From IMG/VR virus record IMGVR_UViG_3300001598_001658, positions 81,492 through 145,491 of that record: a stretch of DNA of 64,000 nt; one strand, 5' to 3'. Source of the stretch: a virus. Taxonomy: Duplodnaviria; Caudoviricetes. Shown here piece by piece: positions 56,825 to 64,000 of this stretch (positions within the stretch are counted from its first letter, which is position 1; every line of letters begins with the position of its first letter). The notes below the pieces were generated by a model. The model had not been told where the DNA came from. It saw nothing but the letters and a program-made list of their open reading frames with translations, and made no database searches. A program made the position numbers and the translations under genes.

Positions 56825-57265
56825 TTATATATCAAATTTCTCAATTTCATCCTTTAAATTAAATTTAACAGGATTTTTAATATATATAGTCATATATACA
56901 TCATCTCCATCCTGTCTTTCAAATTCAAATTTTATATATTCGACCGAAAGAACTTCAAAACATTTTTTAAAAAAATAAGAAATAGCAATTTCTGCATTCG
57001 ATGGCTCTTCCGGATCAAGAATTTTAATATCTGATCCTAACATTTTGTAACCGAATTTCCAAATTTCTGTAAAACAAACATTTTCCAAATTAGCATTCTT
57101 TATTTGATTTATAACATCATTTATAAATCGATCAGAATATTTTTCAGAAAACGTTTTAAATCTAAATTCAAATTCTTTTAATTTTCGTTCATTTATTTCG
57201 GTCAAACGTTTATATGCAATAGGATCAAGATATGTTAACAAAGGTTCATAGGTTCCATTTATCAT
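56825..57265 (-). CDS. Hypothetical protein
   Basis: GGAG RBS before ATG 57265. Confidence 0.7.
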   Translation of the reverse strand: MINGTYEPLLTYLDPIAYKRLTEINERKLKEFEFRFKTFSEKYSDRFINDVINQIKNANLENVCFTEIWKFGYKMLGSDIKILDPEEPSNAEIAISYFFKKCFEVLSVEYIKFEFERQDGDDVYMTIYIKNPVKFNLKDEIEKFDI

Positions 57266-57276
57266 ATTTAACTCCA

Positions 57277-57312
57277 AAAAAATAAGACATATAAATTTAT
57301 ATGTCTTATTTT
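57277..57312. terminator. Perfect AT-rich palindrome / terminator
   Basis: AAAAATAAGACATATAAATTTATATGTCTTATTTTT. Confidence 0.7.
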
Positions 57313-57326
57313 TATTTTTAGTATTT

Positions 57327-57743
57327 TTATGGTGTTACAAAACCATTAGCTGGAACTGAAGCATATTCTTTACCAGCATATGCTACGCCTTCTGTCATCG
57401 GAGTAGTGAATATAGCTTTCAGCTTAACATAATCCAAGATAGACAATGTTCCGAAGAATGATTTATTTTCTGGTTCTTTAATAGCGACAAGTGTAGAATC
57501 GTTTTCGTCGCCAGTAAGATCCAAACCATCATATTTTCCACTCGAGATCTGATCAGGCTCAATCTTAAGAATTGATGCTTCATCGATAGAAGCACAGAAT
57601 TCCTGATATTCACCAAATCGTGGATCTTCTTTTGTACCGAGTTTTGTATTGATCCCGTCTAAATAACATACGAGTTCATCAGTACAAATGTCCGATGCAT
57701 CTGGTTCTACACCACCAGCATCGTGTAAATAAATTTCCTGCAT
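57327..57743 (-). CDS. Acidic hypothetical protein
   Basis: GGAGG RBS before ATG 57743; TATATTAT at 57787-57794. Confidence 0.75.
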   Translation of the reverse strand: MQEIYLHDAGGVEPDASDICTDELVCYLDGINTKLGTKEDPRFGEYQEFCASIDEASILKIEPDQISSGKYDGLDLTGDENDSTLVAIKEPENKSFFGTLSILDYVKLKAIFTTPMTEGVAYAGKEYASVPANGFVTP

Positions 57744-57854
57744 TTTTGAGGCCTCCAAAAATTAATTTTTTCCTATAGGTTACTAAATAATATATAAATA
57801 AAATCGAAACTCAATTTTATTATATCAATAAGTTATTGTGTGTATAATTTTTCA

Positions 57855-58958
57855 TCAGCTAAGACTTTCTTTTATTTCGTCAATTGTTATTTCAACTCCA
57901 TATTTGTCTTTTGCGAATGTTTTTGTAATTTCATAAAAATTCATTTTTGAATATTTATCGATAAGATCTCGTCTTTCTTTTCTGTGATCTTCAAGAGCTT
58001 TATTCTTTTCATCTTCATCTTTCTTTGAAAGACCTCTCATTCTTTTATAAAGAATAAGATTATGATTTTCGTATGAACATGCTTTAAGATCATTAAATTT
58101 CTTTTCTGTAATATCTGAATCAATTATAATTCTCAATCTAACGCATTTTGTTAATTCATCTTTAATGAATACCCCTACATTTTCTTCAGGAATGTCTTTA
58201 GCATTCAATGATTTATATATAGGAGCGTTTTTATTTTCGATAAATTCTTCCTTAATTATTTTGTGTTGCGATTCATCATATTGTACAAATATACAGCCTT
58301 TAGGATCTTCTTCTCCAAATGAATCTCTAGAATAAGATCCAGCATACCAACAATTTCCTTTTCTCATTTGAACGTGAATGTGTCCAAATAATACTAATCC
58401 ATACACATTATTTGCGAAATCTTTTACATCAAATACAATATGATTGTTTTTACCGCTTTCGGTAGCATAACCACCTGCAAATGTAAACATTCCGTGACCA
58501 AATACAAAATCATATTTTTTATTTGGATTAAATACTGTGTCTTTATAATACTCTGTTTTCGATGCTTCATATTCTTCCGGTATAAATAAAAATTTACAAC
58601 CTTTCCAAAACATCTCTTGACAAGTATTAATTATGAATGTATTATTTTTTGGATCTTCTATCAAATATAAAAAGGAATCCAACTGATATAAATCATGTGT
58701 AAGAGTACCTTTGACAATATAAAACGCTGCTCCGGTTTCTCTACAATACATAGCAATTTTATTTACAAATTTATTTGCACACGTATTAAAATCACTATTT
58801 GTAGAAATTCGTTTATCAAACAAATCCCCATTTAACACAATTACATCAATTTTCTTTTCATATAATATTTTATGAATTTGTGTTAATTCATTATTATACA
58901 TATCAACCACATCAGGCCGTGAACCGATATGGATATCCGAAAATTCTAAAATATTCAT
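57855..58958 (-). CDS. sbcD: SbcD/Mre11-like metallophosphoesterase nuclease
   Basis: Motifs DIH, GDLFD, GTLTHD, GHG and GHIH. Confidence 0.9.
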   Translation of the reverse strand: MNILEFSDIHIGSRPDVVDMYNNELTQIHKILYEKKIDVIVLNGDLFDKRISTNSDFNTCANKFVNKIAMYCRETGAAFYIVKGTLTHDLYQLDSFLYLIEDPKNNTFIINTCQEMFWKGCKFLFIPEEYEASKTEYYKDTVFNPNKKYDFVFGHGMFTFAGGYATESGKNNHIVFDVKDFANNVYGLVLFGHIHVQMRKGNCWYAGSYSRDSFGEEDPKGCIFVQYDESQHKIIKEEFIENKNAPIYKSLNAKDIPEENVGVFIKDELTKCVRLRIIIDSDITEKKFNDLKACSYENHNLILYKRMRGLSKKDEDEKNKALEDHRKERRDLIDKYSKMNFYEITKTFAKDKYGVEITIDEIKESLS

Positions 58959-58961
58959 ATT

Positions 58962-59393
58962 TTATCCTATAATAAATTTTCCGATACAAACACCTACACC
59001 AATCCAAAAGATATAATGTAAAATTGTTTGAATTATTATTTGACGAGTAGATGTAATGATAACTTCATCATACTTTTTTATATCAGAGTATCTTTTAATT
59101 TTAAAATGATTTTTAGTTTTTTTGTATATTGGATTCTTTTTAATCTCATTCTTTTTAATAAGCGATTCATTTCCTTCCAATAAACAATTATAAAATTCAA
59201 GTTCATTTTCAAAAAGTGGTATCTTATCCATAGAATTCTTATATCGTTCATCAAATAAATCATAAAGATCTTTATAATGATTTTTATATACTTCATGAAT
59301 AATATTTAATTTAACACCAAGAGCTATCATTATCTCTCTGCCGGTATATAAACGTTTTATTTTATCCGTTTCTTTATCATGATAAATTTCCAT
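58962..59393 (-). CDS. Hypothetical protein with a C-terminal TM helix
   Basis: GAGG RBS before ATG 59393; C-terminal hydrophobic helix. Confidence 0.65.
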   Translation of the reverse strand: MEIYHDKETDKIKRLYTGREIMIALGVKLNIIHEVYKNHYKDLYDLFDERYKNSMDKIPLFENELEFYNCLLEGNESLIKKNEIKKNPIYKKTKNHFKIKRYSDIKKYDEVIITSTRQIIIQTILHYIFWIGVGVCIGKFIIG

Positions 59394-59739
59394 TTTTCTT
59401 TTCCTCTTCAAATTTTTCAACATATTTAACATAATCGTTAAACCGTACATATGTTTCTTTATTTCGTCGCATTTCTTTATACATTTCTTTATCATGTTTA
59501 GTTTCATATCTAAAACGTGTTAGAAATACCCCAGATATTAAACGAAATTTGTTTTCATTTTCCATCGGTTCAAATGTTAATTTTAAAAATACACTTTCAT
59601 ATTCATTTTCTGCAATATATAAATCGATATTCCCTTTCATCAATGAACAATATGCGTTTTCATAAACTTTATTTAAAATAAAACAAAACCTGTCGTTTAA
59701 ATCTTTAATTCGTTCTTCATTTAAATAAATTGGTTTCAT
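59377..59739 (-). CDS. Hypothetical protein
   Basis: AGGAGG RBS; first gene of the sbcD operon. Confidence 0.75.
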   Translation of the reverse strand: MKPIYLNEERIKDLNDRFCFILNKVYENAYCSLMKGNIDLYIAENEYESVFLKLTFEPMENENKFRLISGVFLTRFRYETKHDKEMYKEMRRNKETYVRFNDYVKYVEKFEEEKKNGNLS

Positions 59740-59779
59740 ATTTTCCTCCTAGTATATAGTTATTTTATTTATAAAATAA

Positions 59780-59807
59780 ATAGTTAGACGGATATCCGTC
59801 TAACTAT
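59780..59807. terminator. Perfect palindrome / terminator
   Basis: ATAGTTAGACGGATATCCGTCTAACTAT. Confidence 0.75.
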
Positions 59808-59833
59808 CTTCTATTAATAATATACATATATTT

Positions 59834-60385
59834 TTAATCATCAAAAGATCTACTAGAATGTGATGTTTGTCCACGTTTTTGTAAATCACTCATATTATTT
59901 TCTTTATTTTCTTTATTCTGGACAGCATTTCTGTACTGTTCAAGTAATTCAGCATTATTAAATTTAATCGTTTTTCCATCTGAAACTACACTCAATGAAA
60001 CATTTCCAGCAAGTAAGTTTATATGTTGGTTTTTATATCCTTTAACATCATCTTCATTAAACGATTTAACTTCGCATGTCAATGGATGTTTTTCAATATC
60101 AGCTTTCATTTCTTCGATACTCGGCATTTGTGAAAAATGCCAATTCTGAAGTTCTTGAAACATAACTTTTTCTTTTTCTGCCTGTGGCAATTTATCAAAA
60201 TTAGGGGCACGACCCATAATTCTATTTTGCATTTCTTTCATCTGCTCTGGTGTAGGCGGTGTACCGTTTCGATCACTCATAAGACCAGCTACAGACATAT
60301 CTCTAGCTGTTCTTTGCTGACCGCTTTTAGCCGCTAACTGTGCAGGTGTTAAATCCTTTCCATCATCTATAACGTAATCAGCCAT
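59834..60385 (-). CDS. Hypothetical late protein
   Basis: 183 aa; AAGGAG RBS; coupled to the gp25-like gene. Confidence 0.75.
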   Translation of the reverse strand: MADYVIDDGKDLTPAQLAAKSGQQRTARDMSVAGLMSDRNGTPPTPEQMKEMQNRIMGRAPNFDKLPQAEKEKVMFQELQNWHFSQMPSIEEMKADIEKHPLTCEVKSFNEDDVKGYKNQHINLLAGNVSLSVVSDGKTIKFNNAELLEQYRNAVQNKENKENNMSDLQKRGQTSHSSRSFDD

Positions 60386-60396
60386 TTTATTTCTCC

Positions 60397-60798
60397 TTAC
60401 TTAATATAAACAGGATTGATAAGTTTAACTGCACTATTAGCCTTTTTTGCCCCAACTTTTATTGTACCAGGTAAACCCGCTATAGATAAATTTATCATTA
60501 TCTTTTCTCTCGATTCATCTGTGTATTCATATCCAACATCAACAGTGAAATCCAAAAATTTAGACAATACTTCAGATATTTGCGTAACAATCGTTTCTGG
60601 ATTTTCTGAGTACGGAATAGAGTTTAATAATCTATATACACCCATTTCAGGATATAATGAATTTTTACCCTCACTATATTCTAATATATTAAATAATGTA
60701 GAAACTTTATTGTTATTATTATATGTATTATCATCTGAAATTTTTTTAAAACCGCCTGTTGGAGATATAGAAGGGATAATGTCGACCATTGTACTCAT
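60397..60798 (-). CDS. Baseplate wedge/sheath initiator (gp25-like)
   Basis: 133 aa; 'ILEYSEGKNSLYPEMGV' fits the gp25 L....G.....P.(F/M)G pattern; TACA-N6-TA at 60827-60838. Confidence 0.55.
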   Translation of the reverse strand: MSTMVDIIPSISPTGGFKKISDDNTYNNNNKVSTLFNILEYSEGKNSLYPEMGVYRLLNSIPYSENPETIVTQISEVLSKFLDFTVDVGYEYTDESREKIMINLSIAGLPGTIKVGAKKANSAVKLINPVYIK

Positions 60799-60840
60799 TT
60801 TTATCTCCTAATTTAAATAGTTTATATATTTATATGTAAA

Positions 60841-60870
60841 AAACTTCTCCCTAATATTAGGGAGAAGTTT
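60841..60870. terminator. Perfect palindrome / terminator
   Basis: AAACTTCTCCCTAATATTAGGGAGAAGTTT. Confidence 0.8.
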
Positions 60871-60886
60871 AAAAAATTATACGTTA

Positions 60887-61453
60887 TTATACGCCAGTAG
60901 AAGCATATCCTTTTCTTCCACGTTCAGTATTACGTAAATCTGCTGGAAATTCAGATTGATCTTTAACACGTGTCAATTTATCACCATGCGAAATCATAAA
61001 AGTCTTTTTACTAATATGACCCTGACCAACTTTATCTCCATAATAGATTGTATATGGTTCTGATGTCATGTTATAAACTGTTACCCCAACTTCACCACGA
61101 TAATCTGAATCGACAGTTCCCCATGCTGTAACATGCATATCATTGCTCATACCACTTTTAGGTCGAACCTGAATTTCATAATCAAATGGTAAACAAAAAT
61201 ACAAACCTGTTTTTACAGTATAAGATTTACCAGGTTCGATAATAATATCTTCTTTTTCAGCGGATTGAATATCGAAACATGATGCATATTCATATGCAAA
61301 ACTTTTATGTAAATCCTGATGAAGATTTTCGTCAGTTGATACATATTTGATATCGATTTTATTTTTACCATAAGCTATATCAATAATATGCTTAAAATGA
61401 CAAAATAACAATACGAACATCAACAACAATACAAAATTTAAAACCATATACAT
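60887..61453 (-). CDS. dut: Trimeric dUTPase with an N-terminal hydrophobic extension
   Basis: Motif I 'ASCFDI', II 'RPKSG', III 'GTVDSDYRGE', IV 'GDKVGQ', V 'RGRKGYASTG'. Confidence 0.9.
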   Translation of the reverse strand: MYMVLNFVLLLMFVLLFCHFKHIIDIAYGKNKIDIKYVSTDENLHQDLHKSFAYEYASCFDIQSAEKEDIIIEPGKSYTVKTGLYFCLPFDYEIQVRPKSGMSNDMHVTAWGTVDSDYRGEVGVTVYNMTSEPYTIYYGDKVGQGHISKKTFMISHGDKLTRVKDQSEFPADLRNTERGRKGYASTGV

Positions 61454-61466
61454 TTCCTTTTCTCCT

Positions 61467-62912
61467 TTATTGTATGATTTTTACTTCGGTACTAGCGTCA
61501 AAAGAACCTGGTAACTGTACAGATTCTTTATCATAACTTATAGAAGATTTTGAGTATTCAGACTGTTTCATAATATTATTACAATATTTTTCTAATATTC
61601 GTTTTTGATCGTTAGAAACTTCTGCTAATAATATAAAACCTGTACTGGTGCTTATAAATGAATAAATTAAGATATCATTGTTTACGCATACGTAATCTAA
61701 TAAATTTATCAGCTTCTGTTGAAATTTAAGATCGATAAATTTTACTTTCATCATAAACCAGTTATCGAGGTTTGAAATATCCATACGAATACTCATATAA
61801 TCTTGATTAATAAAATGTTCATACTGTTTTGTATAATAATGTGAAAATTCATTAAAAATAGTTTTGACTTTAGATTCATTTTTAAAATCACATTCATAAG
61901 TTTTACAAATTAATTTATTAGTACTTTTAAACAACGGATCGTCAAAATTAATATTATCTTTATCTATAACTAATGAAAGATTTAATACTCCATTTACCGA
62001 ATCTAATAATTTCTTCATAATATAAGATTCTGTCATAGTTTTATCTGATGCTAAAAAATTTAATTTAGGCATAGTAAAACCACGTATATCTTCTTTTCGT
62101 TTTGGAATAATAATAATTTTTTCTTTAATTGGTTTTTGAGAAAGATAATTATTTTTAAGAAGATTTAATAAATCTACAAACTGATCATATTTTTTATCTA
62201 CTATCTTTATGAAATTATGTGTTCCATCTTTTTTAACAGCTTCATCTTTAAGTTTTTCCATTTCTTTATCAACTGCTAAAATCTTAGGATGTGTAATGTC
62301 ATCATCTGCTTTAACTTCAATAATAAGATCATATAACGGAATATAATAATCGGGTATATAAAAATGATTTTTTCCTTCATATACATAATTGAATACATAG
62401 GGACATTCGATAATTGTATCTGATGTATAACCTAATGTGAGATCATAAAATTCCAAGAAATCTTTTTCATATGAAGATATATAAGAAAGAGTACCTCCGT
62501 CTTGAAATTTATAAATACCAGACGTCTTACGTTTTTTCATCATTTCTTTTTGAATTTCTGGATCATTTATAGAATGCTCTTTTCCGTTCTTTTTCTTATA
62601 ATTTTCTTTAAATCTTCTACGTGCTTCTTCGCGACATTGTGGATTATCACAAAGAGTAGAATAGCGCCCAGATTTCTCATTCCAAATACATTTATTTATT
62701 TTACATATTTGGCACAAATGATCTCCAGAGTGAGTCTCATCATAAATTGTCTGTTTAACACTTTTATCTTTTGTAATCATATCTTCATGAGATACTTCTA
62801 CATGTTTATATAACATTTCGGATTCATTAAATATTTTTGCACAGTATGGACATTTATATTTTTTACTATTTTTAACTGCGCAATTAAATAAATTTATATT
62901 ATCGAAAAACAT
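61467..62912 (-). CDS. C2H2 zinc-finger + PD-(D/E)XK nuclease (TnsA/T4 gp4-like)
   Basis: 'YKCPYCAKIF...LYKHVEVSH', second Cys cluster, 'SSYE', 'YIPDYY...IIEVK'. Confidence 0.7.
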   Translation of the reverse strand: MFFDNINLFNCAVKNSKKYKCPYCAKIFNESEMLYKHVEVSHEDMITKDKSVKQTIYDETHSGDHLCQICKINKCIWNEKSGRYSTLCDNPQCREEARRRFKENYKKKNGKEHSINDPEIQKEMMKKRKTSGIYKFQDGGTLSYISSYEKDFLEFYDLTLGYTSDTIIECPYVFNYVYEGKNHFYIPDYYIPLYDLIIEVKADDDITHPKILAVDKEMEKLKDEAVKKDGTHNFIKIVDKKYDQFVDLLNLLKNNYLSQKPIKEKIIIIPKRKEDIRGFTMPKLNFLASDKTMTESYIMKKLLDSVNGVLNLSLVIDKDNINFDDPLFKSTNKLICKTYECDFKNESKVKTIFNEFSHYYTKQYEHFINQDYMSIRMDISNLDNWFMMKVKFIDLKFQQKLINLLDYVCVNNDILIYSFISTSTGFILLAEVSNDQKRILEKYCNNIMKQSEYSKSSISYDKESVQLPGSFDASTEVKIIQ

Positions 62913-63004
62913 AATATTTCTCCTATATTAATTCGTTTTCGTATTAATAAATTAATTTTAATATATATTATTTATCGAAATCAAATATTAAGGAGATTAA
63001 TAAG

Positions 63005-63298
63005 ATGTTGTATATCAGTGAATTGAATCTTGAAACATGTGGAATCAAAATTCCATATAGAAATGGGAAAGTAGACGAGGATGATCCTGTAGAAATTTAT
63101 GCATTTCCAGTCAATGGACGAGAGGAGTTTGAATTCAATTTTAAATTTCCCTTTAACTTTGTTCGTTTTAAAGGAACATTTGAGAAATTCCGTCTTGATT
63201 ACGATATGGTTACAGACACGTTCTGGGGCGCATTTGTTGGTACTCCGTTGATGGATATGGAATATTACTTTTGTTTATTTCACCCGAAATCAAAATAA
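63005..63298 (+). CDS. Small hypothetical protein
   Basis: AAGGAG RBS; TATATTAT at 62964-62971. Confidence 0.75.
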   Translation: MLYISELNLETCGIKIPYRNGKVDEDDPVEIYAFPVNGREEFEFNFKFPFNFVRFKGTFEKFRLDYDMVTDTFWGAFVGTPLMDMEYYFCLFHPKSK

Positions 63299-63331
63299 AA
63301 AGAAAGGGGAGAATACACTCCCCTTTCTTTT
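63298..63331. terminator. Bidirectional terminator
   Basis: AAAAGAAAGGGGAG-aataca-CTCCCCTTTCTTTT. Confidence 0.85.
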
Positions 63332-63335
63332 TTAA

Positions 63336-63998
63336 TTATTCTACAATAATAGAATCATCATCATCGTGAATATTAGAAGCAATAAAGTCTTCATTATCAA
63401 CAATAATTTCAGATTCACTATAATTTTTTTCATCAGTTGAAACTATTTTATCTTTATTTAAAATAGTATCTTCTGAATATTTCATTATATCGTCAAGATA
63501 ATAATTTTCATCTTTCTTATCTGATTCATCAAAAACTCCCTTAATATTTGAAATTTTTAAAGTTCCAATTGATTCAGGATGAGATTTTAATACAAATGGA
63601 AGATTTGGTTCATTGGTTATCTTGTCACGATTAAACATAAATTGTTTTCCTTTGGTTGTAATAATAATATTATCACCATTCGGATTTGATACAACTAATT
63701 CTATAATCTCGGAAGGTTTTGTAATAGCTTTGACTTTAGATTTATTTCTAGGATCAATTTTAAATACCCTATTAGTTCTACTTTTTAATTCTAATGAATT
63801 ATAATTATTTTCTTTAATATCATTTACATTTTTAGTATTATTTTCTATGTATGTATTTATTTTTTCTAATATAGTATTTAACTCATTTTTAATTTCAAAG
63901 CCTATATAATCTTTTAAATTACCTTCTTCATCATAAGTTCTAATATCATCAATACAAGAACAGTAACTAGTAGATCCACTATTATAAACTTCTAATAC
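63336..63998 (-). CDS. Hypothetical protein, 5'-partial (runs off the window end)
   Basis: The frame of the 63336-63638 ORF stays open to the window edge. Confidence 0.75.
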   Translation of the reverse strand, partial: VLEVYNSGSTSYCSCIDDIRTYDEEGNLKDYIGFEIKNELNTILEKINTYIENNTKNVNDIKENNYNSLELKSRTNRVFKIDPRNKSKVKAITKPSEIIELVVSNPNGDNIIITTKGKQFMFNRDKITNEPNLPFVLKSHPESIGTLKISNIKGVFDESDKKDENYYLDDIMKYSEDTILNKDKIVSTDEKNYSESEIIVDNEDFIASNIHDDDDSIIVE

Positions 63999-64000
63999 AA

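Noticed and set aside
1-64000. Genome-wide stop-codon reassignment
   Set aside because: Genes are long and densely packed under the standard code, and TAA, TGA and TAG all end genes.
1-64000. Phage nucleus shell (chimallin), PhuZ tubulin or portal gene
   Set aside because: No recognisable motifs in this window; the large unknown ORFs cannot be assigned by eye.
1-64000. Host assignment
   Set aside because: Low GC, strong SD sequences and wall enzymes fit several phyla; nothing diagnostic is present.

Overview
AT-rich segment of a jumbo myophage genome. Its gene set and promoter motif resemble the AR9/PBS1/phiKZ-type phages that carry their own multisubunit RNA polymerase; the host cannot be determined from this window. 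It holds most of the virion module: major capsid protein, T4 gp21-like prohead protease, terminase large subunit, tail sheath and tube, a 3142-aa tape measure protein with two M15 peptidase domains, baseplate spike/wedge proteins and acidic head proteins with [SAG]-x-E cleavage motifs. It also encodes an RNAP beta' C-terminal subunit, SbcC/SbcD, primase, dUTPase, an HU-like protein, a CYTH enzyme and lysis proteins. Three promoter classes and about 25 palindromic, mostly bidirectional terminators are visible. The most striking feature is a non-coding RNA system. In a minus-strand operon (about 40480-42160), three normal tRNAs (Leu, Ile2, Gln) alternate with end-paired structured RNAs, a 124-nt tRNA-like RNA with a giant anticodon arm, and an ~850-nt pseudoknot-rich RNA. 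A separately promoted ~195-nt 6S-like RNA lies 10 kb away and is complementary to one of these spacer RNAs. All calls come from motif reading and folding by eye; no database searches were run.
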